A stretch of 63,624 bases of DNA, counting the filler, from Octopus bimaculoides (lineage: Eukaryota): NCBI RefSeq assembly GCF_001194135.2. It is 8 parts of 8 records of this genome, joined end to end, with 100 filler letters (N's around TTAATTAATTAA, not from the genome) between each part and the next. Parts side by side here need not be neighbours in the genome. Positions count along the whole stretch, not along the records: positions 21,064 to 31,614 come from NC_069002.1; positions 31,715 to 38,476 come from NC_069007.1; positions 38,577 to 41,750 come from NC_069004.1; 5 more parts are not named here. One strand, written 5' to 3'. Position 1 is the stretch's first letter, and each line of letters begins with the position of its first letter. The translations under genes and the position numbers were made by a program. The notes under the pieces were generated by a model. The model was not told the DNA's origin, did not search any database, and worked only from the letters and a program-made list of their open reading frames with translations. This document shows positions 27,087 to 40,214 of this stretch, piece by piece.

Positions 27087-27666
27087 TTATAAACAAAATT
27101 AAGGGATCAGCAACAGGTTGCTTCACCGCATACCGAAGTTCAGAAATAGCAGCTAAAAATGCTGAAGCTCCAACAAGATAGCAGTTACCCGCAACTCACA
27201 TAGGCAAAACGAGAAGAAAAAATAACGAACTAAACTAGTCATAGTTAATCATAAACATGTTTCTGGTTTAGAAGGAAAAACTCTTCATTACCTCGTCGGT
27301 ATGATATTCTTGTTGTAAATTCGACGGTATTGGCAAATGTGCATTCATGATCTAGCGCTATCATGGTAATCGACACATTTTGAAAGTATCTCCAAATCTA
27401 CATCGGCGAGCCAGCCCATCATCTTCCCTCAAGAATTACCATGTGCGTCGCAGGGGGTATCGCAGAAAATCTGTGGTTTACTATCCGGGAGTGAATAATT
27501 ATTACAATTAAAAGGGTAAAGGATTATCAATTTATTAATTTATTAATAAATTAATAATTAATAATTTTTACCAAGCCCTTCGGTATGTAAGCACCATTAT
27601 CGGTGTGGAACTTATTTAAAAGTTCTTATACATTTATAAACAAAATCAAGGGATCAGCAACAGGTT
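27085..27666. repeat. ~580-bp segment bounded by 35-bp direct repeats (27085-27119 and 27632-27666, 1 mismatch)
   Basis: atttataaacaaaat(t/c)aagggatcagcaacaggtt occurs twice; internal 10-bp inverted pair cataccgaag / cttcggtatg. Confidence 0.7.
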
Positions 27667-29345
27667 CCCACACGCTAACTCCCTCTCACAATATTATTTC
27701 TCGCTCAAAACAACCTTTCCCCATACCCATTTTTAAAATACATTGTGATATATTTTGATTCTTCTCTTTTTTTTCCCTCCCTGACAGACAGACGGAGCTC
27801 CGCTTCTCCTTTATTATATAAGATTATCAATGTAGTCTGTCAAACTCTTAGTACGGTAGAGGGTCGTTCTGAATGCTTTTTTTTCCTTAACATTACATCA
27901 TAACTGATAGGTTCTTGATGGTTCGTCTTCTGTAGAATTACTTTCTACCAATCTAGACATATCAGCGTGCTGAATATATTTTTACTGCTTTAATAATTTC
28001 AAGGGGGCTCTTGGAGGAATCGCCTCCATCATGAACGTACTTGACTTAATGTCTTTTATTATTATATTTCTTTCATCTACATTCTTCATTCATCTTGGTC
28101 TGAGATTGTTGGACGACGTATCTGTAAGGACTAAGATTAAACCTCTCCCAAGGTTTAATGAAATGAAATATATGGTAATTATTATTCAGAAATTACTAGT
28201 GCTGAAATGGCGGATATGGTGGTGTTCTACCTTAAATACATGTCTGTATTTAGTTAAGACAGGCAGCAATGTGTTCAGATTTTCCTGGATTCACTTTATT
28301 TCGCTTTCTTCAGCTTTTAATTTTATATCACATTTGAATTCTAACAGGGAACTATATAACAGAGCGAACACTTTGAAATGACACAGTGATTATACACAAC
28401 ACGTTCCCAGTTACCGAAATGGTTCCTTCTATCATACGGAGCGGAATACACTTTTATAACGAAATATGGATATTATATATGAGAGTTCTCGAAATTACGA
28501 GCAAAACATATAAGCGATGCTTCATAAAAGATAAAGGAGCTATTTTGGAAATACGTTGTAGAGCGACTCTGATGTTTTATGCATTAATTCACTTGACATA
28601 TTATAAAGTGTGACATATGAAGATTGAAAGATGACAGGATGATGTTTAACGCTTTATATTATGCTGCTTTGAACACAAGATTTTAAAGAGAAAGACATCA
28701 ACGTTTACTTAATTATAAAAAACGTTGACATTTTCAACATAAATATTTACATATCAGCTTTGTAATCCCAACGAATCCTTTTCCATGGAATTATTATCAT
28801 CAATTGCGCGATTTAAAAAAAAAAATGCTTATACGTATTTATGTGATATATTTTATATTTTTACTCACTTCTTTCTGAAAACCCGTTATTCCATACAAAC
28901 AGGTATTCTTTCCTTTAACCCTGATAGTTATTTGCATGTATGACATTTTTCTTTCCGTATAAATCAGAAACAAAGAGCAGGCAATAGAAGTAATAACATT
29001 CATGATGTTACAAAGAGTGAAATAGCTATTTTCCATACACTATATCACCATAAACCTAAAACAAATCAAGCGAATGCATCAGGCAGCCAATGACCAAACA
29101 TAGTCTTCGCAATCCATAAGTCACGAAAGACAAAACAAATTAAAACAAGAATGTGCATGACTGTCTGAAAAACTTGAAAATGGTGTCAGGTAAATCACTT
29201 CTAATAAATCTATGTCTATGATAAATGAAGAACGTCGCAATTTCTCCGATGCGGCACCACATGTAGCCATACTAACACTCGTTTCCGCATAAGTATATGT
29301 GTGACTGCAATGTGTATGTACGCATAGAAATGCATATACCTCTAC

Positions 29346-29409
<64 letters not shown>

Positions 29410-29859
29410 ATAAAGAGGGAGAGGGAGTGATGTATAGATAGATAGAGATGAATAGATAGCGAGAGTGATCTAGCTAGCTATATAGATAGATATTTATGAA
29501 TTTGTGTATATATTCAGCCAGTGGATCATTTGAAGTCATGCGTATATGCATACAGACATATGTACTTGCATGCACACACAAACAAGCATACCAACTCATA
29601 GATACACGCACGCACACTTTTACACACACACACGTGTACATATATATATCTATGTATGCACACACATGTGTATACACACACGCGCACATATTTCGTTTGT
29701 TTTGATTTGTACTCGTGATTATGGACTTTCATACGTCGGGTTTGGTTGATGGAATGTAAATTTATGGCTTTGTTAGACCATAAGTTCATGTATATCAAGT
29801 ATTGTCTAGGGCTGGTGTGATGTTCGTATATTTGTGTAATGTGGCAACTCAAACAGATA

Positions 29860-31290
29860 TCTATGGGTCCATGTGTTTTATATGCATTAAGTTCATAGAA
29901 TACATGTAATAAATGTTCGGAGAAGAAAACCTATCCAGGTTGGAGGGTGGCGTAATGGGTGGGAGTTCCTGTTTGAAATTTCTCAGTGTGAAATGCTGCT
30001 TTTTCATGCAGGAAGAGAATTCATCTCTAATATTTACAATATTAGCTATATTAGCTTTTGATGTGAACATGTTTAATTTTTCAGAGAGGTAATGTTCACA
30101 TTTGCTACCCCGTTAGCTATATTTGTTATCTTTAGCAATAATGTTCCTGTTTATTTGTGGGTTGCTAACTCTACTCTTTTGCAGCGTCCATACCATACTG
30201 GGTGGAGAAGTGGTTGTTTTTTTTTATTTTTGTCTCTGAATGAAGCCAAATGCTGGGTATATTTTTGTTTGAAGTAGCTTCGCGTTATCCCGATATATGA
30301 TTGTATTATTCCATTTCAATATTTGGTACTGGCTTTGTACACCAATTCATTTTCTAGACGACCGTTGTTTAGAGGACAGCTGACCGAATACCTACAGTTA
30401 CATCTTCTTTCAGGGATATTGTGTTTGATTATAATTGACCCTATATTGGGGAGACTATTATAGCTTACTTCAAACGATTTTCTATTGAAGATTTTATGTT
30501 GTTTGTGTGAGTGTTATTGGTTATTTATTATTTTAGGAACTTTCTAGGGGTTACATTCATATTATAAGGCGTTTGTACCATAAGCATTTTCTCTGCCTGC
30601 GTCTTCTTGGTCTATTTTTATTTAATTCAATATAAGTTATGCTAGCCTTAAAGTTGTATCTCTTAAAAACCGGCATTATAATATGGGGTGGCTTTTTAAA
30701 AAGTGACTCTTTCAGTGGATAAGCTGGAAACGTATCTGGTAGTGTTATTAATTTATTGTGTTATGATTGATACTGGGTGGTTGGAGGTTATGTCGATATA
30801 TGAAGTTTCCTCCTGTGCTTTATAGTAAGGTTTAGATATGCCTTATAAAGGTTCATGTTTATAATTAAGAAATGTTAAGGTTAGTGTTAATTGTAGTTCT
30901 TACATTTAGTCGTTTAAATAGTTTACATAATTTTACTTTATCTTAGCCATATTGTGTACATTTTCTTTTTCTTTTATAAGGACATCTAGAATATGGCGGC
31001 CAACTAGAGTCGCTATATTTGTACCACCATAACTGTCCACCGCGACATCGAATACTTCACCTGCATTTTTTTTACCAAATAAGAATTCTTATGAAAAAGT
31101 ACTTCCATGCATTACTTATTATATCTATGTCGGTATTAGTTATGGCAACATATGTCTCACCAAATGCATGTCCCTTCTGGAGCAGATTTATTTGCGACTG
31201 AAGGATAAAACCTTCCGCAGTCGAATTAGATAAACTTGCATTTGGATTAATGTTCAATTTTCGTAAACCATTCAATTGTTGCGCTGTTGC
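29860..31290 (-). mobile_element. Penelope-like element remnant (RT to GIY-YIG C-terminus)
   Basis: Broken minus frames WFTKIEH*SKCKFI*FD..FYPS / LLQKGHAFGETYVAITNTDIDIISNA, and C-terminal LSEKLNMFTSK..IVNIRDEFSSCMKKQHFTLRNF; same type as 60545-63541. Confidence 0.75.
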
Positions 31291-31714
31291 ATTTCCATTG
31301 ACTAAGAAATGAGGAGGCTTTGATGAGTTGTATCATGTTGTGTAATATGGATTTACTAGTGATACTAAGAGAGTGTAAGTGTATTTATGAATGTGCATTT
31401 GTTTGCGTGTTTGTATGTGTGTGTGTGTGTGCGAGCTCTCATACATGTGTATGTACTCATACACAAACTCATAAGTACACGATTATATCAAAACTGTAAG
31501 ATGTTTGACGCCAAAATATGTGATAAACATTTCAGACGAGCTACAAGTACCGGCAAATACGAAATATTAAGTGCACTTAATAGTTCGTATATATATATAT
31601 ATATATATATATATNNNNNNNNNNNNNNNNNNNNNNNNNNNNNNNNNNNNNNNNNNNNTTAATTAATTAANNNNNNNNNNNNNNNNNNNNNNNNNNNNNN
31701 NNNNNNNNNNNNNN

Positions 31715-31756
<42 letters not shown>

Positions 31757-31858
31757 ATATATATATATATATAAAGAGAGAGATAGAGAAATACAGACAA
31801 ACATATATACATATATTTGTAGCTAAAACTATAAATGCATAGTTATGTAGTTACGTAT

Positions 31859-31925
<67 letters not shown>

Positions 31926-32178
31926 TGTTTCTTTATTAGCCACACAGGGCTGAACACAGAGGGGACAAGTTACAAAGTAGAGCTTTTCTTTTTGGGGAGG
32001 AGAAGGAAGGAAAAAAAAGAAGGGTAGATTTTTTATCAAAAGGGATCGTAAAAAAAAACGATCAATAGGGGTCGTGTATCACAGAAATGTCATGATGTAA
32101 AGTGTAAATGGGGAAACAGATTAGGTTTATCCGTGGGAAGAAAAGCCTACGGAAAAGACCACGGTAACCTTGGCCAAT
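31926..32178 (-). mobile_element. Probable Tx1-family 3' UTR inside a (GATA)n array
   Basis: Ends gccctgtgtggctaataaagaaacat-(ATCT)n like the copy at 4050; (ATAG)n arrays at 31856-31925 and 32179-32236. Confidence 0.55.
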
Positions 32179-32179
32179 A

Positions 32180-32237
<58 letters not shown>

Positions 32238-32447
32238 GTGGTGGTGCTGAAAAGTTCCTGGTTTTCGGGATCTCACGAAAGGCCTGCTTGCAAGCCCAAC
32301 CTTCCGAGATCTATTACAGGGCCTAGAAAACTGAAGGACCGCTACAATAAGTGTATGAATTTGGGACGTGAATATGTTGGATAAAATCATAATTAACTGG
32401 TCTTCCTGTATTTTCTTTTACCCAAAGCCAGGAATTTTTCAGCTGTA
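32238..32447 (+). mobile_element. Mariner-derived MITE (~210 bp)
   Basis: TIR cores gctgaaaagttcctggtttt (32246-32265) and aaagccaggaatttttcagc (32424-32443) match 18/20. The interior keeps a transposase C-terminus-like LKDRYNKCMNLGREYVG*. Confidence 0.7.
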
Positions 32448-32521
32448 TATAAGTATGTGTATACACATGCACACACATACATACATACATGCATGCATAC
32501 ATAATGTGTGTGTGTGTGTGT

Positions 32522-32598
<77 letters not shown>

Positions 32599-33049
32599 AA
32601 AATAATAATGATAAAACGAAAATGTGTTACTCGTTTTACATTGCACTTAATTCCGAAGTATATTGTTACAATCAAATCATTTCAAAATGAGTTATCACAT
32701 ATTCCAAAGTAGCATATTATATCGAAAATGCATTGCTAGAGCCAAATCATTTCGCGATTGCCTATTCCAAAGTTTATTGTTACATTGAAATCATTTTCAC
32801 ACACGTTATTAAGCGTTCCAAAGCACATGATTACAAAAACTTCATATACATACGTGCATTTATATAAATATATACATACACATACAAATAAACATATGCA
32901 CACAAGCATATGCACATACACACACGAAACATTTTTAAATCCAGGTTTTGGGTTTTGTCACGATAACCAAGAACAAACACTACCTTGTCAAAATTTATAT
33001 GGTCACTGAAAGAAAAACTAAAAGCAGTATCTATTATTCTTTTGTTATT

Positions 33050-33430
33050 TTATTTGTTTCAATCATTTGACTGCGACCATGCTGGAGCACCGCCTTTAGT
33101 CGAGCAAATCAACCCCAGGACTTATTCTTTGTAAGCCTAGTACTTATTCTATCGGTCTCTCTTGCCGAACCGCTAATTGACGGAGACGTAAACACACCAG
33201 CATCGGTTGTCAAGCGATGTTGGGGGGACAAACACACACACACACACACACACACNNNNNNNNNNCACTTGCCCAAGGTGCCACGCATATGGTGGGCTTT
33301 TTTTCAGTTTCCGTCTACCAAATCTAGTCACAAGGCTTTGGTCGGCCCAAGGCTATAGTTGAAGACACTTGCCCAAGGTGCCACGCATATGGTGGGCTTT
33401 TTTTCAGTTTCCGTCTACCAAATCCACTCA
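33050..33430 (-). mobile_element. Abundant tRNA-derived SINE with internal (CA)n (OK-like family), carrying a 100-bp tandem duplication
   Basis: gccatgctggagcaccgcc...cggttgtcaagcgatg...ttcagtttccgtctaccaaatc...cacttgcccaaggtgccacgca; other copies at 52540, 53930, 56600, 56940. The family name is from memory. Confidence 0.8.
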
Positions 33431-33439
33431 CAAAGCTTT

Positions 33440-33530
33440 CAAGATTTCTTGCCAGTAGAGAAAGAGCCGGTTTCTAACCTAGATCCAAGGCTCTTTCATT
33501 GGAATTTTAACATCAACAACAGGATATTTT
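33440..33530 (-). mobile_element. Short repeat (probable LINE 3' end) next to (TATG)n; second copy at ~51555-51645
   Basis: gatttct(t/a)gcca(g/a)tagagaaagagccggtttctaacctagatc occurs twice, each followed by (TATG)n. Confidence 0.55.
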
Positions 33531-33609
33531 GTTTGTATGCATGTATGTATGTATGAAAGTTTGTATGTATTTACAAAGACACACACACATATATACATAC
33601 ATACATACA

Positions 33610-33643
<34 letters not shown>

Positions 33644-33815
33644 GACACCTACATACATACATACGTTCTTATTTGCGAATGCAACCAAAGACAACTGAAT
33701 CAATATCTAAATGAAATCTTTAGAGTCTACAAATTATCCATCTTAACTTCTCCATTATTTTCTCTGCTCCTTCTTGTCAGTACCATTATTAGCCATTATT
33801 ATTATTCTCATCATC

Positions 33816-34290
<475 letters not shown>

Positions 34291-35889
34291 CTTTAAGTAG
34301 ACAGTATTAACTTTTATTCCTCTTTTTCTACTCACTAATCTCTCACACACACACACACACACACATTCACACGTACGGGCTTACAAACTCACGCACACAC
34401 ATTCATATACACATTCGCACGCACACACACATTCACACACAAATACACATACAAATACACACGCACATATATACATACACACACACACATACATACACAC
34501 ACACACTTATATACATACACACACACACNNNNNNNNNNNNNNNNNNNNNNNNNNNNNNNNNNNNNNNNNNNNNNNNNNNNNNNNNNNNNNNNNNNNNNNN
34601 NNNNNNNNNNNNNNNNNNNNNNNNNNNNNNNNNNNNNNNNNNNNNNNNNNNNNNNNNNNNNNNNNNNNNNNNNNNNNNNNNNNNNNNNNNNNNNNNNNNN
34701 NNNNNNNNNNNNNNNNNNNNNNNNNNNNNNNNNNNNNNNNNNNNNNNNNNNNNNNNNNNNNNNNNNNNNNNNNNNNNNNNNNNNNNNNNNNNNNNNNNNN
34801 NNNNNNNNNNNNNNNNNNNNNNNNNNNNNNNNNNNNNNNNNNNNNNNNNNNNNNNNNNNNNNNNNNNNNNNNNNNNNNNNNNNNNNNNNNNNNNNNNNNN
34901 NNNNNNNNNNNNNNNNNNNNNNNNNNNNNNNNNNNNNNNNNNNNNNNNNNNNNNNNNNNNNNNNNNNNNNNNNNNNNNNNNNNNNNNNNNNNNNNNNNNN
35001 NNNNNNNNNNNNNNNNNNNNNNNNNNNNNNNNNNNNNNNNNNNNNNNNNNNNNNNNNNNNNNNNNNNNNNNNNNNNNNNNNNNNNNNNNNNNNNNNNNNN
35101 NNNNNNNNNNNNNNNNNNNNNNNNNNNNNNNNNNNNNNNNNNNNNNNNNNNNNNNNNNNNNNNNNNNNNNNNNNNNNNNNNNNNNNNNNNNNNNNNNNNN
35201 NNNNNNNNNNNNNNNNNNNNNNNNNNNNNNNNNNNNNNNNNNNNNNNNNNNNNNNNNNNNNNNNNNNNNNNNNNNNNNNNNNNNNNNNNNNNNNNNNNNN
35301 NNNNNNNNNNNNNNNNNNNNNNNNNNNNNNNNNNNNNNNNNNNNNNNNNNNNNNNNNNNNNNNNNNNNNNNNNNNNNNNNNNNNNNNNNNNNNNNNNNNN
35401 NNNNNNNNNNNNNNNNNNNNNNNNNNNNNNNNNNNNNNNNNNNNNNNNNNNNNNNGCCAGCGATGATATCACGATGAAGCCGGTCGTACTGTTGCCGTCG
35501 TTGTTGCTGTTGCTATCGGCGTTGATAGTAGTGATGGCCACTATGTGATTGTCGTGATAACCTAATACAAGGATGTGGTGTGTGTGTGGGGGGGGGGGTG
35601 ATGCCTTTAAACCATTTGATATCATCCTTCAAATACCGAGATAAACACTTAAGCTTTATCTCACCATAATATCATCGTTACCGCTTGTTATATATTGTAA
35701 GTGATATCCTCATTGCAATAGTCTGTGTTGGACGGTTCCAATATACGAAGTGTAAGGGGTGAGAAGGTGTGATATTACTATTATTCCTGTTGTTGAACAA
35801 TATGGATTTACAAAGCTTTAGGAATGATCATCTGGTTAACGTTTTCAGATATTATAAGTTCTGTCTGTGAGATAATATATAACCTTTTT

Positions 35890-36035
35890 CTACTAAAGGA
35901 CACAAGGCCTGAAATTTGGTGGGAGGAAACTAGTCAATTAAATTGACCCCCGACATTCAACTGGTACTTAATTTATCGACCTCCGAAAATTATAAAAGGC
36001 AAAGTCGACCTCGGTGGAATTTGAACTCAAAACGT
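35890..36035 (-). mobile_element. Nin/Deu-domain SINE, 5'-truncated
   Basis: Minus strand gagttcaaattccaccgaggtcgactttgccttttataattttcggaggtcgataaattaagtaccag. Confidence 0.65.
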
Positions 36036-36232
36036 AAAGACGAACATGTTCTGTTGACAACGATAGCTGTATCATGATTTACAATGATCGATTCCTGTAG
36101 CTTCTTTAGTGGCTGACCACATCTGCATGACTCAAGCATTTCCTCCTACCAAATTACATACATAAAATCAATAATCCTTCATTTTCTAATGGTTCATTCG
36201 TTCTAAGCTCTCTCCTAATCTTTCTCGCGTTT

Positions 36233-36290
<58 letters not shown>

Positions 36291-37591
36291 NNNNNNNNNN
36301 NNNNNNNNNNNNNNNNNNNNNNNNNNNNNNNNNNNNNNNNNNNNNNNNNNNNNNNNNNNNNNNNNNNNNNNNNNNNNNNNNNNNNNNNNNNNNNNNNNNN
36401 NNNNNNNNNNNNNNNNNNNNNNNNNNNNNNNNNNNNNNNNNNNNNNNNNNNNNNNNNNNNNNNNNNNNNNNNNNNNNNNNNNNNNNNNNNNNNNNNNNNN
36501 NNNNNNNNNNNNNNNNNNNNNNNNNNNNNNNNNNNNNNNNNNNNNNNNNNNNNNNNNNNNNNNNNNNNNNNNNNNNNNNNNNNNNNNNNNNNNNNNNNNN
36601 NNNNNNNNNNNNNNNNNNNNNNNNNNNNNNNNNNNNNNNNNNNNNNNNNNNNNNNNNNNNNNNNNNNNNNNNNNNNNNNNNNNNNNNNNNNNNNNNNNNN
36701 NNNNNNNNNNNNNNNNNNNNNNNNNNNNNNNNNNNNNNNNNNNNNNNNNNNNNNNNNNNNNNNNNNNNNNNNNNNNNNNNNNNNNNNNNNNNNNNNNNNN
36801 NNNNNNNNNNNNNNNNNNNNNNNNNNNNNNNNNNNNNNNNNNNNNNNNNNNNNNNNNNNNNNNNNNNNNNNNNNNNNNNNNNNNNNNATATATATATATA
36901 TATATATATATATACGTACGTACATACATACATACATACATACATACATACATACATACATACATACATACATTTATTCATATGTGGGAAGATTATCAGG
37001 AAAGCCATTTCTGCTCATTTTTTCAAATATGTTTGTATGTATGTATGTATGTATGTATGTATGTACGTAAGCGTATTGCGAATAGTAACTGCAGAGCATA
37101 CTCGTAGATAAGCATCATGTTCCAGCAATTTTATTGAATGTATTAGTTTGTTCCAACCACTTTATTGAGATAAGTTTCAAGTAAATTCAATTCCGGGCAG
37201 CATGCCGTGTGTATTTCACTTTCAAATTTCTGCGAAGCGTTCAAAATGGAAGAACATCACATAGAAAGCATTCTCTTCGGAGTCCGAGTAAACGAAATTA
37301 AAACCAACGTGACGAAAGCGGAGAAGCTGGGAAGTTACGTGTAGCTGTTAACGTGATGACAAATTCCTGTGACATAAGGACATGAATTATGGAAGGACTG
37401 ATAACTCAAGTTTCTGTCGTGGCTGTAAGAAAAAAAAATGGAAATTGGGAAACAGCGACAAATTAAGTAAAGCAGAGATTGTGTAAAAGTGTTCTGCTGG
37501 TCGAACTGAAGACAGAAATATATAAAGAGACATTACGGATCTTTCGTAAGGAACACAACGCAATGAACCGGAAAACAGGAAAGGAAAACTA

Positions 37592-37880
37592 CGGTTCTGT
37601 ATTTAAGAGATGTAGAATTATGTACCTTATTTACATTATTTACATTTGACGGATATTTGTCCTTATCTTGTTTGTTATTAACACAACGTTTCGGCTGATG
37701 TACTCTCCAGCCTTCATCAGGTGTCTTGGAGAAAATTCGAACCTGGGTTCTCATTCCTAAGGTATTTTTCGATGTAATTACTATTATTATTATTATTATT
37801 ATTCAGGTTACAGCCAGGAATCGAACTCGGAATCTTAGGGTTTGTAGCCCGCGCTCTTAACCACTACGCCATATACCCAT
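37592..37880 (-). mobile_element. tRNA-headed SINE containing a hammerhead ribozyme
   Basis: Head has A box TGGCGTAGTGG (37871-37861) and B box GAGTTCGATTCC (37828-37817), followed by an (AAT)n linker, the ribozyme and an AT-rich tail (aatgtaaat) x2. Confidence 0.8.
37680..37725 (-). ncRNA. Minimal type I hammerhead ribozyme, intact core
   Basis: Minus strand GACAC-CTGATGA-a-GGCTG gagagtacat CAGCC-GAAAC-GTT/GTGTT. Stem I is 4 WC pairs plus G-U, stem II is a perfect 5 bp, helix III is the AACGTT palindrome. Predicted cut between 37685 and 37684. Confidence 0.8.
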
Positions 37881-38601
37881 GGAAATTTAAAGTTTAGAAT
37901 TTAGCATCCAAATTACATTTTGGATATGTTCCATGTAGTATTCCGGTAAAATCACTTTCACCTCTTATGGCTCCCTGTCGTTATCCAGGATAGATGCACA
38001 TTCATCGCTAGATCTACGTTAGGAATTTCTTGGTGCACATTGAGAACATTCATACATACATACATACATACATGCTTATATACCTACATTTATGCACGCA
38101 TGCATACATGTACTTTTGTAAGCAGGTATACATATAAATATGCATGTATATATACGAACATACATACACAAATATCTACACACCGTCTCACTCTCTCCCT
38201 CACACTCACGCATACAACCACTAAATTACATTCTATTAAACGTAAAGAATCCTACAAAACGTAAATATATTTCATTATTTCCTATATAATTTAACTAGCA
38301 ACGCCGAATGCTATAAATAGATGTGTGTGTGTTTGTGTGTGTGTTTGTGTGTATGAGTGTATAGTGTGCATATGGCTCTGTATGAAAATTTATTCTTCTG
38401 AGTACGCATTACACACACTCACACATACACACACACACACATATATACACATCAGCTTACCATTCCTACAAATATANNNNNNNNNNNNNNNNNNNNNNNN
38501 NNNNNNNNNNNNNNNNNNNNTTAATTAATTAANNNNNNNNNNNNNNNNNNNNNNNNNNNNNNNNNNNNNNNNNNNNTCAAAGACATACACCACATCTACA
38601 G

Positions 38602-38641
<40 letters not shown>

Positions 38642-38971
38642 ACGCACATGTACAAAGACGCACACATACATATACGTGCGTTTTTACATAGTCATCCGCA
38701 CACTGTTCCACCACATACACACACACACTCACGCATACACACACAAACATACTGAATCATGCACAAACACAACCATATGCACACAAGCATGCACACACAC
38801 ACACACACACATGTATACATTTACGCACACGCACGCACATACACATACATGCATACATACACACGCATATATATATATGTATACTCACACACACATATAT
38901 ATATACACACTGTGTGCACACACATACACACACACTTACATACACACACACGTACATATATATATATGTAC

Positions 38972-39009
<38 letters not shown>

Positions 39010-39515
39010 TATATATATATTATATATACGCACACAGACCCATATATACACACGCACACATATTTAAACACACCTACATATATACATGTATATTTGTGTG
39101 TAATGTAATGTGTGTGTGTGTNNNNNNNNNNNNNNNNNNNNNNNNNNNNNNNNNNNNNNNNNNNNNNNNNNNNNNNNNNNNNNNNNNNNNNNNNNNNNNN
39201 NNNNNNNNNNNNNNNNNNNNNNNNNNNNNNNNNNNNNNNNNNNNNNNNNNNNNNNNNNNNNNNNNNNNNAGAATGACAGCCATTTACTAATGGTGTCACT
39301 CTCTTCTGTAAGTAAAACCAGATTTATTGTGGAACCCAAAAAGTGGACTCCAAGGGGACGCCATGATGAATCTAATGTCGAGGTGCAAGAGGTTGTCAGG
39401 CTCTGCACAAGGATTAGACAATGTCTTCATTTTTCAAGCCGATCACACGGAGAAAAGTGTTCGCCGCCATTTTGGAAAACACAGCCTCGTTTAGTTCACG
39501 GGGGTTCTCGTAAAT

Positions 39516-39551
<36 letters not shown>

Positions 39552-39554
39552 TGA

Positions 39555-39839
39555 GGGCGCGTGGCTTTGTGGTTAGGATATTCAGCTCATGGTCATAAGG
39601 TCGTGAGTTCGGTACCTGGCGGTGCGGTGTGTCCTTATTTCACGTTACTCCAGTCCACTCAGCTAGCTAAAGGGCCGTATTTGTCAGATTCTGTGTCAAG
39701 CTGAAACTCCCTGAGAACTACGTTAAGGGGTACACACGTGTCTGTGGAGTACTCAGCCACTTGCACGTTAATTCCGCGAGCAAGGTGTTCCGTTGATCGG
39801 ATCAACTGGACCACTCATCGTCGCAACCGACGCAGATCC
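39555..39839 (+). mobile_element. tRNA-derived SINE (head type B, tail type Y)
   Basis: gagggcgcgtggctttgtggttagg...gtgagttcggtacc...ccactcagctagc, then the tail aaagggcc...ctcagccacttgcacgttaatt...gttccgttgatcggatcaac shared with 47205-47595. Confidence 0.8.
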
Positions 39840-40214
39840 TTGTATGTATGGATGAGGCCAAGTCAGTTCCAAGGGCCTGCCAACCACACTGGTAGATGCA
39901 TGCGTTCAGAGAGCGCTTCGAAGGGATTTGATGCATTTACGCGTTTCTGTTTACAGCCAGAAATTTTCTCCATGGCAACATGCATTGAATGGCTGGTTTG
40001 CGGGTTTCGAATATGCCCCAACGTTTGTGTGTGTGTGTGTGTGTGTGTGCGTGCGCGCGCGAATGTGTGTGTAGGTGTGTGGGAATGTGTCTATGTTTAT
40101 GTGTATGAGTACTAGTGTGTGACTGTGTGTGTGTGTGTGCCTGTTTGAGTGTATCTCTGTGTGTTGGAGTTTCCTTCTCTTGACATCGTCTGAGAGTCGT
40201 AATCAAACGTCCCC

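Noticed and set aside
28031-28613. Two adjacent plus-strand ORFs (116 and 75 aa) in unique sequence
   Set aside because: No motif, composition typical of AT-rich non-coding DNA, and no consistent exon boundaries on either strand.
37804-37878. tRNA gene (also considered at 19040-19111, 39555-39620, 47520-47595)
   Set aside because: Acceptor and anticodon stems do not pair fully and the sequences run into SINE bodies; these are SINE heads.
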